Part shown: one piece after another, positions 13,468 to 27,524 of the stretch
How the letters are laid out: each line of letters begins with the position of its first letter
Position numbering within the stretch: position 1 is the first letter of the stretch
Source of the DNA: Azolla caroliniana
Lineage: Eukaryota > Plantae > Polypodiophyta
DNA: 64,000 nucleotides
NCBI GenBank assembly: GCA_043228905.1
Contig: JBHGNT010000015.1
Location: 16,740,001-16,804,000 of the forward strand
Direction: 5' to 3'
Notes under the pieces: model-generated
Seen by the model: only the letters and a program-made list of their open reading frames with translations
The model's database searches: none
Told to the model about the DNA's origin: nothing
Program-made: the position numbers and the translations under genes

Positions 13468-16400
13468 ATGATCATCCCTCTCTTCGAAATCAATGCCTTA
13501 CCGACCATCAAGCCACCTAAAGACGAGGAAGTCACGGAGGAATCACCACCCCAAGATGAACCAGATCCAACCACAGTTGCCGAGCTACACCATGCTCGGG
13601 AGGCTTTCGAACGCGAACTCGCCATTTCACAACGAGTCAAAGCATCAACCCTGGAAACAATAAACCTCGGCTCGGACGAGAATCCCCGTACGTTACAAAT
13701 TGCCAATAATCTACCAACCGGAGAACGGGCATGCCTCGTACGATTGCTCACCGACTACCAGGATGTTTTCGCTTGGTCTTACACCGATATGAAGGGGCTG
13801 GATCCTCAATACTACCAACACCAAATTCACATCTTACCCGACACTCGGCCGGTTCAGTAGAGGCACTACAGGATGAACCCCAACTATGCTGCTAAAGTCA
13901 AAGAGGAAATCGACAAACTACTCCGAGTGGGCTTCATTCGCCCTGTTAAATGGGCCACGTGGTTGAGCCCGATCGTAGTGGTCCCAAAGAAGAACGGAAA
14001 AATCCGTGTTTGCGTCGACTATCAGAAGCTTAACGCGGCAACAGTCACCGACGGTTTCCCTCTCCCATTCACGGACAGCGTCCTCGACACGGTAGCCGGC
14101 CACGAATGCTACAGTTTCCTCGACGGGTTCAACGGCTATAACTAGATAAGAATGCACCCGGAGGATCAGGAGAAAACCGCTTTCGTCACGGAATGGGGTG
14201 TTTTTGTAGCAGAAGTAATGATGTTCGGTCTAAAAATGGCGCCGGCTACGTTCCAGCGCATCATCACCGAAATCTTTCATGACTACATCCCGGCGTTCAT
14301 GCAAGTCTTTCTTGACGATTTCGCCGTGTATGGCCATCGACGGGAACACATGACCCAGTTACGATTGTGCCTGGACCGATGTCGCCAAGCTCGATTGAGC
14401 TTAAACCCGGCGAAATGCACGTTCTTAATCACCAGCGGCAACCTTCTCGGCCACATTGTCAGTCAAGAAGGCATCGCTATGGACCCGGATAAAGTAAAGG
14501 CAATCCTGACCGCCACCGCACCCTCGAACGCTAAGGCACTAAGCCGATTTTTGGGACAGATCCGGTGGCACAGCCGAATGATACGACACCTGGCCGATTT
14601 CGCGACACCTTTACACGCGGCAGTCCATCGCCTTCCCTTCCCATGGACGTCAATCGAGGACACGGCCTATCAGACCCTGAAACTAATGTTGTCACATGCC
14701 CCAGTGGTCCAGTCTCCAGTTTGGTCCGAACCGTTTCATGTCTTCGTAGATGCTTCGAACATCGCCATCGGAAGTGCCCTGATGCAATGCACATCCCCGA
14801 ATTGGTATAGGCCCGTGTACTATGCCAGCCAACGGCTCTCAACCGTGGAAAAGAATTACTCCACCACCGAGCGGGAGGCCCTCGGTATGATTTATAGCAT
14901 CAATAAATTATGGCATTACCTCTTGGGCCGGAAATTTACCTTTCATGTGGATCACTCGGCCCTTCTTTATTTGGTCAATAAACAAGCCCTCACCGGACGG
15001 TTGGCTCAGTGGATGCTCCTACTCCAAGAGTTTGATTTCCAGATTCAGCATCGACCCGGGGTACAATATGCCGTCGCCGACTACTTGAGCCGTCTTGAGT
15101 CAGGGGAACCGGCGAAAACAACGTACGACGAGCTACCGGACGCCAGCCTATTTAACCTGACCACGATGCCAGACGATAACGAAGATGAATGGATCATGGA
15201 GATGACCCATTTTCTCACTACCGGTTTACCTCCCGAGCACATGCCCCTTGACACGAGAAAACGCCTAGCAGTGCGTAGCCGGAATTTTTGCCTCGTCTCG
15301 GACATTCTCTACCACAAAGGCTCGGACGGCATATGGCGCCGAGCGATTCGGCAATTCAAGAACAACGCCGTTCTTCAGGAGGCCCACCAGGGAGTAGCTA
15401 GGGGGCACTACGTCGGGGATTCCACAACAAGGAAAGTTTGGCAAAGTGGATTGTGGTGGCCGACAACGAAGAGAGATGCTCACAAGTTTTGTCGGCAGTG
15501 CGATTTGTGCCAACGACTGGGGCAACCAATGGAATAGTCACACATGCCACACCAGCCGATTCTTCCATTGGACCCATTTCAAAAATGGGGTTTGGATTTT
15601 GTAGGCCCTTTCAAACAACCCGCGGCCCGTACAGGGAATAGGTATATTATCGTTGCCACGGATTACTGCACCAAATGGGTCGAGGCTAAGGCACTCCGAG
15701 ACAACACGGCGGCATCCACGGCTAAATTCGTGTACGAGCACCTCTGGTGCCGTTACGGATGCCCAATCGAGCTCGTTAGTGACCAAGGTGGGCACTTCAT
15801 CAATCATATAATACGTGAGCTTACACACCACTACGCGGTGGTGCAGAAGAAAAGCACACCATACTACCCGCAGGCGAACTGAAGAAGATCGTCCAATAAA
15901 ATCCTCCAAACCATACTGAAGAAGATCGTCAATGAAAACATGACTGATTGGGATGGCAAACTCCAGAGCGCGCTGTGGGCGTATCGTACGACTTTCAAAA
16001 CAAGCATCCAATCAACCCCCTTTCTAATGGCGTTCGGGTTAGAAGCCGTAATGCCCGTCGAGTTTCACGTCCCGAGCCTCCGAGTTCAAATCAAAGCACG
16101 GCTCCCCGAGGCCCAATCCGAGCAATATCGGCTGGAACAACTCCTCGAACTCGGCGAAGACAAGATAGAGAGTATGGCCCAGCTCGAACAACGCCAACGA
16201 CAATGACAACGCAAGGCTTTCGTGGATCGACATCGAAACGGGCTGGAAAAGGAGCTCACCATCGGCAAACCGGTTCTTCTTTTTCAAACACGACTCAGGT
16301 CTATGCCGGGAAAATTAAGATTTCAGTGGACCGGTCCATTCTGGATTATCGACGAGTTCAACGGGACGTTCCAGCTCGGCACACTCGCCGGCGACACTGC

Positions 16401-16502
16401 CAAAAGCTAGGCCAATGGTTTCCGACTTCGACCATATCAAGGCACTACACCACCCAGCCCGTTTCGGGAAACCACCACGGAGGAGGCCACATGTCCCCCT
16501 GA
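13468..16502 (+). pseudogene. Ty3/gypsy pol (RT, RNase H, integrase) with nonsense mutations
   Basis: WLSPIVVVPKKNG, FLDGFNGYN, MFGLKMAPATFQR, FLDDF; RH FVDASN, YSTTEREAL; IN H-H-CDLC, WGLDFVGP, SDQG, WTGPF. Confidence 0.93.
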
Positions 16503-17020
16503 ATAAGGACTCACCCACCTTCTTGAAATTAATAAAGTAGGTAGGATTAACCATAGTTTAGCCCCAATTAGCTACACCTACACCACCCACCTAGGCACCC
16601 ACAAATTTAGGAGCACCCCTCGCCACCACTCATTTAGTACCTATTTAAGCACATGCAAAGCACTAGAAGCACCCCACTCACCTGCAGGACACGTGGTGCT
16701 AGTCACTTATTCTGGCACCCACGACTCAGAATCTTCAGGATTCGCTTCGGGCACAAAACCCTAGGAGTAAGTTACTAAAACCGTTTCCAAAACGCAACAC
16801 AGACACAAAAGTTCATTATCGCTCCCAATCTCCATCGCTCTCAAGCTCAGAAGCCCCTTCTCGCTCTCATCGCTCTAAACGCTCTTGCTCTCAAGCCCTC
16901 TTTTTCTCTCATAGCCCCTGTGCTAAACTTCCCCTTCCTATTGTTCCTCCTCTGTCTCGCCCTCGCCTCATCACTCTTCTTCACTCTTCCCCACAGTCAA
17001 ACCCCGTCTCCATCTCCACC

Positions 17021-20000
17021 ATGCCTCTTACCGCTTCAACAGAAACCCGCGCCTGGCTCCAGGAACGAGGAATGGGCGATTACCTGAAGATCATCGATGC
17101 CCCCGCGCACCTAGATGCCCAAGGAGTGGCTAAACGTATTTGTCCCGACGCCATCACCAACAACATGCTTTGGGCTGTTTTGGACCTGCAACGGGGAGGG
17201 GACCATGAGGTCGACATACCCCCGGCATCGAAGCTGAAAGAGTACTTCGGTGAGTACTCAGCCTCAAGGAAGGCATATCGCACGTATGGCGGTCCCAACA
17301 GAGCTTTCAGGGAGATTGCTCGTATATTGATGGAGTATGCGTTCGTGCATACAAACCCGACGAGCATGCCGCAGAACAAGGCAGCCATCATCATCAGCGC
17401 GTATGAAGGAAACAGAGTCGATTGGGGAATCATCACAGGCGAAGGACTCTGCGCCACCTTAGCCTCATTCCAGTCCGGTAAGAAGATGTTGTCTATTCTT
17501 ACCCACTTTTTGATGGTTCTATACCCACCCTCTTCTCTTCCTTCCCATTGCACACTCACGTCCCCACCCCCACCACGAAGGCAGAGAGAGAAATTCGTTG
17601 CCATCAACCACGAAGCATGGGAGGAGCCCACATCGCCTTCACCTCCTGCCGCCGACCAAAACCCCGCATCTGCACCACCACCCACCCAACCCCAACAAAA
17701 AAGGGCAGTTTCCGAGACCTACCAAGAATGGGAGGAGGAGATAGCCACAGAGGACAACACAGCAGATGATGTCACCATTAGACAACCAACGTCGCGCCCC
17801 TCGGTAACTTCCCCAGGCCCTAGCCCACGCCCCAACACACAGCAAGCAGCACCACCACAACCCCAGAAAAGGAAGCAGGCGGAGGAAACGACACTATCGG
17901 CCCCGGAACCCCAAACCCAGTCGAGCAAGAGAAGACGACTCAACCGCGAGTCCTTGGCAGAACAGAAAGAGCCACAATAGGAGCAAGCCTTAGTTGTCAG
18001 CCAGAGCAACCTGGCCATCATCCTTGAGGAGGCATCGCTGAACCAGGGAAAGATCGAGCATGGGCAGACAACGCAGATCTCCGAGGATGAAGTCCTCGGG
18101 TATAAAGACCTCCCTGCGGAGGCTTACGAATTTAGTGCGCTCCTACGCCTTGGTACAACGTTCGAGCTGGTCGACTTCCTCGCCAAAGCCCAAGTCGCGG
18201 TAGCCGCTCGAATGGCGGAAGAGCACGCTGAAACAAAAATGATTCAACGCGTGCTATTAGGTGAAATTAAGCCCCAGGACGACAGGACTTTACAAAAAAT
18301 AGGGAGAAAGAAGCAGGCAAAACAGGCCGCTCTCCTCATGGAGGTCCCCGAGTTGAACACGGCCCTTATCGAGGCATATAAGGACCTGGATCGCAGTACG
18401 CAGGCAGCCAAAGACATGGCCCGAAAGATAAAAATAGCCCAAAAACAGGCTAAGGTGGCTACGGAATTATGGCACGTTGCGAAACAGAAACTGGCAGCCT
18501 GGGAGCAAAACCGGTTGGAACAACAACTCTTGAGCCTTCCAGCCACGACCACCGAGGCCCTCACAGCCCCTCCACGCATAACAATGATAGATGAAAGCAC
18601 CATCACGGATCCAATCCTGACGATCCAGGCCAGCACACAAACGGACTCGTTACAAATGGTCGATGCCTGCACAACAACCGAGGCGGCCACACCCATGGAG
18701 AAGACCGAGATACCACCCCCTCGTCCACCCAAGGAGGTGGCAACCCAGACAGAACCCCCGCTCTGGGATTACCGAGCGGAGCTTAAAGAAGAACAACGGC
18801 GAACCGAGAGACACGAACAACGGCATCAGGAGGCGATGGCTCGCCTAAAAGAAGACGCTTCCAAGCAGATGGCCGAGATTAGAGCCCAGGCCGACCAAAG
18901 GATACACAAGCAGAACGAAGCACTGGGCCGGGTACAAGCGCAAGCCGCGGGCAAAGAAGCCGAACTCAAAAGCAAGCTGGAGGAATACACAGCCACAGTG
19001 GCAAAGAAAGAGAAGGAGGTCCTAGACCTACAGGCCGCGCTGGACAATGTGAAAGACTGGAACCACCGGCAGGAGGAAAGAAATCGCCAACGGGAGGAGA
19101 GAATGATCACGGAGAATGCCGAACTGCAGAGTCAGCGTACGACCCTTAAGGAAATGGCTGACGAGTTTTTCATCAAATGCAAGCTACTTTCGGAGCAAAA
19201 AGACGAATTATCTGATTCCTACTTCGCCCTACAAGAAGAGAGAATCGTCGAACGGGAACAAGTCCGGGCTGCATGTCAAAAAGAATGGGAGAAAGCTACC
19301 GAAGAACTCACCAAGCATTACAAGCAGTCTATCTAGCTCGTAACCGCGGATGCAAAGAACACTCAAACACTCAAGCCACCTATGAACTACTAGCAAAGAA
19401 GCTTCAGGCCGAAGTCAATGGCTTAAAGCAGGAATTAGCAGCCGTCCGAGCACAGCCCGGCATGGATGAGACACGCATCAGAATTCTGATCGAGAAACAG
19501 CGCCAACACCTCACCAAAAAGGTCGAGGAAACATTAAGTCGCGCAGGAGAAGAATGGGCAACCCAAGCTGCCGAATTGCATATTTTATGCGCCGACGCCG
19601 AGAACCAACAGAAGGAGGGCCGCGGCTTTTACAAAATGGACGAAGCCAGCATACAAAACCTACGTGCAGATTTAACCGAGCATTACCAGTCCTTGGCAAA
19701 ATCTCACACCGCGGCAATCGAGCAAATACTGGAGGACTTCAATGACGGTCAGATGTTGTTTCGCCTGGAAGCAGAAGCCTTCGAACGAGAACGACTCGCA
19801 ACCATCCCAACCAGCCCTCCAATGGCCACAGAGCAGAAGGAAGAACCTTCCAGCGAGGGGATCACGGACACGGCACAGGAGGAACTTGCCCCAGCCAACA
19901 GACCTCCCGAGGACGCCCACACGGTACCAGATCCAGTCGAAGTAGAGGTCAGCGCCCTCGAACCCACACCCCCACCAGAAGAATCGGCCGCACCTGAGGC

Positions 20001-20118
20001 GGACGCCCAAGAAGATATGACACCCCCAGACCAAACTCAACCCCCCGCACCGACAGTCGAACCAGACCACCCTGCCACCACCCCGGACCCCGAAAACATC
20101 ATCTTAAAAGAGGAATGA
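17021..20118 (+). pseudogene. Extra (env-position) ORF of ~1030 codons: globular N-terminus, Pro-rich linker, long coiled coil, acidic/Pro tail
   Basis: ORFs 17021-17980 and 18212-19336 are in the same frame, separated by a single TAG, and the gap is open. A frameshift near 19330 joins them to 19273-20118. Confidence 0.7.
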
Positions 20119-20674
20119 AACGAGGATCACGCCTAAAAGGCAATTTTTGTAATATTGTTAGTATTTTGTAAGTCGTGGGTCCGACGGACAAGGTCCTGTC
20201 CCACAGGCATGCCAGGTGTTGTCCAGAGGACAGAAATGTAAAATTAGGAAATTAGCAAACGCCGAGTCCGAGTATCACGGGCCACCGACGGCTCGGCTGT
20301 GTATTAGGGGAAACGTTATTTAAACGAGGACCAGTACCTCAGAGCGGGGGAGAAGAAAAATATAGGCGGAAGCACTAGCTTAGTCCATCGTAACTAGATA
20401 ATCCCGTAAGGTCACCGGCCGTAAGCCGTGTTCTGTAATCCTTTTTCTGTCGCAGTAATATATCTGATTTGTGCCCATTTTGCTCCATGTGTCTGTGCTT
20501 TGGTTCATACCTATGATTTCAGCACCGCCCACGCCTATCAAGATCTTGCTAGTGTTTTATCTCTAATCATTTTCTCCCTCATGACGCCTCTGTTACGAGC
20601 CTTCACGTACCACGCCCTTGAATACCGATAGCCGCAGATCTATCGAAGGTGTTCACCCAAAGGAACGGGTAACA

Positions 20675-21270
20675 TGAAGATTGTCTGCATCAACTCCAAG
20701 ACGTGCATGTTGCACTTTCTCAACATTTGCAAACTGCTCAAGCCACACACAAAAAAGCCGCGGATCGTCATCGTCTCAACTCTTCACCAAAGGAACCAAA
20801 GTTTCGAATTGAGGATCGTGTATGGTTACTACGACGTACTGTGAGACTACTAGACCTTGTGACAAGCTGGATTATCAACGACTTGATCCATTTATTATCT
20901 CCAATCATATTAATGATGTTGCATTCCGCCTTCATCTACCTCCATTGATGCATCTACATCCGGTATTTCATGTCTCATTGTTGGAACCCTACATTGGTAG
21001 TTCCATTCCAAGTCGGGTTGTTCTACCCCCACCTCCAGTTCAACTTGTTGATGGCCCAAAATTTGAAGTCAAAGATATTTTGGACTCCAAGATAATACGT
21101 AAAAAGCTTTATTATCTCGTGGATTGGTTAGGATATACACCAAATGATCGTACTTGGGAGCCAGCTGAGAACCTTGATAATGCCTCTGACTTGGTGGCTG
21201 AATTTCATCGCCAATACCCAGATAAGCCAAGTCCGAATTCATGCATTACGACTCGTGGAACTCGTCGTCA
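20675..21270 (+). pseudogene. T1 integrase C-terminus with GPY/F-like motif and chromodomain
   Basis: KLDYQRLDPF, LHPVFHVSLLEP, FEVKDILDS..YYLVDWLGY..TWEP; colinear with the T2 pol end. Confidence 0.9.
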
Positions 21271-24262
21271 AAGGAGGGGGATGGTGTCATGTGTATACAA
21301 AACCCAATAAGCTTTATAGTGATTCGAACCCATGACCTCCTCAAAGAAGGCATACAACCCCATCCATTAAGATGCATCATATTGTATATAATAAATAATA
21401 AATTCTATTATATCAATAGGAAATACATATAATAATATTATTGAAATGTTGCCACCTTGCATGGGCTAACACATGATTGCCAAGGGGCATGCTTGCATGA
21501 ATGCCAAGTGGCGATCATGCATGCCTATGAGGTGGCGAGCATGCATGTATCCAAACCATGCTATATAAACATGTATTTGACTATTGATAAACCATTCTGG
21601 TTCAACAGTAGACTTCGGCATATTCTTGTAAACATTGCTCTCGTTGTTAATACATTATCAAATTCTTCTTATCTCTCTCATATCTTTTGCTTCTCATTCT
21701 CTTCTTCATTTTAAAACTCGTTCCTAACTTTGGCCCTGACACGGGTCACAACACCTGGTGGGAGCCGGTGAGCACGAGAGGGAGGCTAACCGGGCACAAC
21801 GACTACGGTTCGGTGAAAGACCGAGAGCAAGAGGGACCGGACCCTCCACACCTATTCTAGAGACTTCGGCGGTTGCGGATCAACGTAAGACCGGAGAGAC
21901 GGTAGGTGGCGGCGAGGAGTCGGAGGCCGGAGCAAACAAGGTTACCAGAACGGGTATCCGATACGGAATGACGGACGAGTGGGGCCAAGACGATAAGCTA
22001 GAGTCGGAAGGGGCTACGGAAACAAAGCGAGAAAGAGGCCACGCGGGCGCGATGACTACGGTCTGGTGGAAGACTAGAAACAAGAGGAACCCTCCACACA
22101 TATTCTACAGACTTCGGCGGTTGCGGATCAATGTAAGACCAGAGAGACGGGGGGTAGCGGCAAGGAGTCGGAGGCCGGAGCAAACAATGTTACCGAAACG
22201 GGTATCCGGTGCGGAAAGACGAACGAGCAAGGCCAAGAGGGCCAAACAGGGCCGGAAAGGACTACGACGACGAAGGAAGAAGAGGCCGACGTGGAGGTCG
22301 GGACTACGGCGAGTGAAGGGCATCAAACAGAGCATGCACTACGGCCGGCGAAGGGCCAAGAAACAAGCATGCACCTGGAAGAGCGGCAACGAGTGACTGG
22401 TGATAACGGTTCAGTCGAGCATTTGAGAGGCAAGCATGGGACAGAAGGCGGAGCGGTGAGTTGCCGGGACCGGCGGATGAACGGCGAGAGCGGAGGAAGG
22501 TGCGCAGAGAGCAAAGGGCTACGCACCGGGAAGAGGAAAAGCGCTGTCCCAAAGGACATGCGAGGCCAAACAGGCCAAGAGGACACGAGTTGGGATGAAG
22601 CAGTAACGAGAGCTGCGAAGGACCCCGACACGAAGGTCGGGATGACGATACGCTCTACCGCGAGAGACCACGACAAGCAAGGGAGAAACGAGGAGCGCGT
22701 AATGGGGTCACCTAAGGACCGAAGAACGAGCGCGTATTCGGAGGACGACATCGACGCATGGGAAGAGCCTACGGAAGGCAAGCGTGGAGTAGAGAGAGTC
22801 GGCACGCCGAGGTGTTCGGGACGTGAAGACGATCGAACCAAAGGAAGGACATACGCAGCATGCGGCGGGTGGAATTTGGCGTGCGATCGGAGAGATCGAG
22901 AGTGCATCCGGAGGACATATGCGGCGGACAAAGGAGGAGAAACCGGGTCGGCAATGACATTTGGGAGGACCAATCGAGGAGGAAGGCACGAACGTCGAAT
23001 ATGGTGGATCGGATGGAGTCGATGGTTCGAGCACACGCGGTGGACGTGGTGGATCGGATGGATCCGACAGATCGGGGTCAGTAGGAGTCGGCAAGGCGGT
23101 CGGGTGTCGAGACGGAGGAGGACCCGATCAATCACCGTCGGCAAAATCTCTCACCCTTCTCCTCTTGGCACATACCGGTGGATGTGTGGTTTGGTGGGGG
23201 TGGATGTCGTGAAGATTTCTGGCTTTGGTGTGAAACCGGGATGGAATGGGCAAGTCGGCAAGGTGCAACATGTGCACATGTATAGTAGGAAAATAGTGTA
23301 TAGAATAAGGGGGAGAATTTATCCCACATTGTAACATCTCTCCCTCCTTGGGCTATAAAAGGAAGGGAGGCGTCTCTTATGAGGGGGTTGCCAATTTGGA
23401 GCGGGAGAGGCATACCACTTGGGTGGAGGGTTCCCTATTGGGTTTTAGGGTTTCGGTTAGGGTTTCTTCTCGGGTTTCTTCTTGGGTTTCCTTTAGGGTT
23501 TTATTGTACTTCTTTACTTGCTCATCTGATGAGGGTTTTCCTATAGTCGTTTTTTGTGCGGCCTATGCGCCTTTGGTTGTAATCTTTTGTGAACTCTTAA
23601 TATAACATGTTGATTTTCTTGTCTTGTGGGTGTATCTTGCCTCCATCTATTCTATTCTATGTTTATGTGCTATTCTTCCTCTTCTCCTCTTGAGCTAAGT
23701 TTCCATTTTGTGTCTTATTCCTTCTCCTCTACTCCCTAGTCCAAGACCCACGTGGTTCCGCCTCGGATCCTACACGTACTCGCAGAATATCGCGACACCA
23801 ATGCAAGAGGTCACCCCACATGAGATATACTATGGGAAGAAGCCGGATCTATCCCATGTAAGGATATTCACCTCCATTGTATACGTGCACATTCCCGATT
23901 CTATGACTCATACTAAATGCTAGAATACGAAGTGGTGACATAATGGTGACTCTTGACCGTTGGAGTGTCTCTTCACTCTTAAGGTGAGTTCACACACTAG
24001 ACCAAGTTGAGCTTTATTCTCAACACGCCCCCTCAAGCTCAAGTCGGGTCGGTTTCAGACGGTATCCGAAATCCGCTTCAACTCGCGTTCTGGAGTCTGC
24101 GTCGACTCGTGTTGACTCGCATTTATGCGGAGTTGTGGAATCCCTATGCGTAGTTACGAAGTTTGTGCTTCGGCTTGCGTGCGTAGTTGCGAAGTTGCGA
24201 AGTCTGTGCTTCGGCTAGCGTCTTTCTTCGCAGCTTTGTTGCGTGGTTGCGGAGTCCACGCG

Positions 24263-27200
24263 TTATTGCATAGTGTCTTCAGTACTCCCCCTCAAGCTTG
24301 GCAAGTCCGGGATCGTCAATCCGAGATCGGTCATGAATTGCCATAGCTTGTCGGCTCCTAAGGCTTTAGTGAAGATGTCAACCATTTGAAGATTGGTGCA
24401 GCTAATGTGTTGTAGGTCGACATCGCCAACTAGAACGCGCTCTTGGATGAAGTGATAGTGCACTTCGATGTGCTTTGTCCGCGCGTGGAACACCGGGTTC
24501 CAAGCCAGATAAATACTGCTCATGTTGTCGTGTAAAGGGGAGTCGGATCCTTGATGGGAACGCCCAAATCCTTCAAAATCCTCTTAAGCCATACGGCTTC
24601 ACATGCAGCTACGGTTGCGCCCCTATATTCCGCCTTCGTACTCGAAAGAGCGACCGTAGGCTACTTCTTGCTACTCCAGGATATTGCTTCGCTGCCGAGG
24701 GAGAAAACAAATATGGAGGTTGATCTTCTATTAGCTTTGTAGCCGGCCCAATCGGCGTCTATGTACCCCTCGAGTCGTATTGGCATCGCGGTCTTGTAAA
24801 GGATGCCACAATCCATTGTGCCGCTCACGTATCGTAGAACGCGCTTAGCGCAATCCAAGTGAGTATCACGCGGTGTTTGCATGAATTGGCTAAGGAGACC
24901 GACCGGATAACTGAGATCGGGTTGAGTGATCGTGAGGTAGATGAGACTCCCGATGAGTTGCCGATACTTAGTCGGCTCACACGCTTTGGTGCCGGAGTTC
25001 GCATCTAGTTTGAGATTACGATCGAGCTGGGTTGCCACGGATTTGCACTCAACCATCCCGACCTTGTATAACAAGTTGAGGATGTAGTGTCGTTGAGAGA
25101 TCATGATTCCGGCTGGAGTCTGAATTACCTCGATGCCGAGGAAGTAGTGGAGCTCCTTCATGTCCGTCATCTTGAACTTGTCGCAAAGGAGGGATTTTAC
25201 CTTAGTGATTTCGACGAGATGCTCACCTCCAATGACTAGGTCATCCACATATAAGATGATGACGATCGGACTTACGGAATCGCTTCGTATGTAGAGGGAG
25301 TTGTCCGATTTTGACATACGGAAGCCGATTTGATGAAGATATTGCGTTATCTTCGAATGCCAAGCACGCGGTGCTTGCTTGAGGCCGTAGAGTGGCTTCT
25401 TGAGTTGGCAAATAGCTTTCGGATGGGTGCTCGAGTTGAAGCCGGGTGGTTGGATCATGTACACCTCCTCTTCTAATTCTCCTTGTAGAAAGGCGTTCTT
25501 GACGTCCATTTGATGGAGGTGCCACCCTTTCGCCGCGGCAATCGCAATTACGGTCTGCACCGTCGTCATCTTTGCCACCGGGGCAAAGGTCTCTTCGTAG
25601 TTGACGCCATGTGTCTAAGCGTATCCTTTCGCTACGAGTCGAGCTTTGTAGCGGTTTACGGAGCCATCAACGTTATACTTCACCTTGTAGATCCATCTGC
25701 ATCCAATCGCCTTTTTGTGTGGTGAGGTGGGAACAAGATCCCACGTCTCGTTCTTCCGTAGTGGATGCATCTCCTCCTTCATTTCTTCGATCCATCGCGG
25801 GTCCTTCACAGCTTCCGAAAAGGTTTCCGGCTCCCGTACTATCACTACCTTCATCATAAAGGTGTAATGGTACGCCATATAATCGTTGTAGCCGAATCGG
25901 CTTACGGGGTTCTTTTCACGAGTGGATCGGCGGAGTTTTTCATTTCCAGAGATGAGGGCTTTCTTAGCTCCGATTGGTACCTCGAAACCGCCGAACTCAC
26001 TGTCGAGTGAGTGAGTCAACTCATCATCGTTGAAGCGATCGTCTTTGTATTCCGACATTTTTGCCTTGCCTTTGTCCATCTTCGGGCTAGGCCGTGATGT
26101 GCTTTGATCGCTCAAAGGTTCTTGTGGTCCGCTCAGTCGGGTCGTGATCGGACTTTCTTCGATCATGCGCGTAGGGCGATCTTCATCCTCGATCTCTTGT
26201 TCGGCCAATTCCGGGTCGAGCGGAGTCAGAGTTGGAGTTGTCTCTGGTGCGTACAAGGATACGGACTCGTCAAAAACGACGTCTCGACTTACTCGAGATT
26301 TTCAAGTTGAGGGGTTGTAGCACTTGTACCCCGTTTGCTCCAATGAGTATCCTACGAGGATACATTTCTCCGACTTCGGGTCAAGCTTTTGACGCTTCTC
26401 GTTGGGGATGTGCATGTATGCTATCGCGCCAAATATCCGGATGTGCGATAAGTCCGGTTTCTTTCCGAAGTATTTTTCGTGCGGAGTGACCTCGTGCACG
26501 CCGGATGTTGTGCATCGGTTCATTTCTTGCGAAGGTTCCTTGTTGGCCTCCGTTTTGCGGCCAAAATTGGGAGTTGTTGTCGTAGGTTGGACCTCGTCCG
26601 CCTTGTCCTTGGCCGAATCGGCCTCTCGCTCGTCCGCGTCCTCTTCATCCATTAGAGTGCGTGTAGAGCATGTGGCCTTCTGACTCATTGCTCCTTGTAC
26701 GCACATAGTTTTCTTCGACCAATAGCATTGATTGGAGCTCGAAGAAGGAGGGAGATTTCTCCAGTGCTAGAACAGCGGTTCGCATCGCGCCGAACCGTGG
26801 TGCGAGGCCGCCGAGGCATATTTGCACCATCTCATCATCATGTATACTTACGCTTATTGAGCCGAGCGAGTCGCAAAGCTCCTTGATCTTCAAGGTGTAT
26901 GTTGTGATGGACATGTCCCTTTGTTGAATGTCGTTCAACTCTTGGCGGAGTTGAAGCTTCCTCGCGATCGTGTTGGCGGCGAAAATCTTTCGTAGATTTT
27001 CCCATGCTTCCTTCGGCGTCTTGGCTTCTCGAATGTAACCGAGCATGTGGTCGTGAACACATGTCGCCAAACAATACATCACGCGGCTTGTGGGTTGCTC
27101 CCATGTCGCGTATCTGGGAGCTGCTTCGGCGGGTTGGTCTTCATGCGCTCCTTTGATGTAGCTCCAATAGCCTTGTCGGACAAGGTATTGGTGCATCTTG

Positions 27201-27271
27201 TACTCCCAAGATGCGAAGTTGTTTCGATCCAACTTCTCGATAGGGAGAGCGCTCCCCATTTGAGTATTCAT
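24263..27271 (-). pseudogene. copia C2 gag, integrase tail, RT and RNase H; protease and most of the integrase deleted
   Basis: QMDVKNAFLQG, LYGLKQAPRAW, LYVDDL, YIDADWAG, RTKHIEVHYHF. Gag is fused directly to MNRCTT near 26524. Confidence 0.92.
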
Positions 27272-27488
27272 TATGTCGATTCTTCTTCTTCTTCTTCTCT
27301 CTTCGAATGCGAGCTATGTAGCGAAGCTACGATAGCTATGAGCCGGTTCTTGGTCGTCGGCGTAGAGCACAACACACAATCATGATGAGGTGAATGGGCT
27401 AGATCGAGCTACCAAATCACTCTGATACCATATAAAGAATAAAGAGATGGATTCTTGTGAAGCAGAAGAGATGTGAGTTATGTGTGTG

Positions 27489-27524
<36 letters not shown>

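Larger units (their letters stand above)
13401..20674 (+). mobile_element. 5'-truncated non-chromovirus Ty3/gypsy element (Athila/Tat-related pol) with a downstream extra ORF
   Basis: RT-RH-IN at 13468-16500 and long ORFs at 17021-20118. The element ends ...GGGTAACA at 20674, where the T1 integrase frame resumes. The LTR start is not identifiable. Confidence 0.75.
9308..21741 (+). mobile_element. Tcn1/Tf1-like chromovirus T1 (LTRs 9308-9764 and 21285-21741), centre deleted and replaced by other elements
   Basis: 457-bp LTR pair, perfect TSD CGGGT, PPT AAAGGAGGGGGATGG. Gag has a CLYCGGPGHIAITC knuckle, protease LLDSGA, RT N-terminus, and a chromodomain at the integrase C-terminus. Confidence 0.93.
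4988..23797 (+). mobile_element. Ty3/gypsy element G1, tRNA-Trp primed (LTRs 4988-5569 and 23205-23797); pol missing; hosts further insertions
   Basis: TGTCG...CA LTR pair. PBS TGGTGAACCCGACGTGAA at 5576-5593. The gag fragment at 5616-6087 is homologous to the gag at 37486. PPT-like GGTGGGGGTGGA precedes 23205. Decayed 4-bp TSD CCGG/CCAA; the copia frame resumes at 23798. Confidence 0.85.

Noticed and set aside
23521-23545. CTGATGAG in the G1 3' LTR as a hammerhead ribozyme core
   Set aside because: No downstream GAAA or helices; the 5' LTR has CCGGTGAG at this site.
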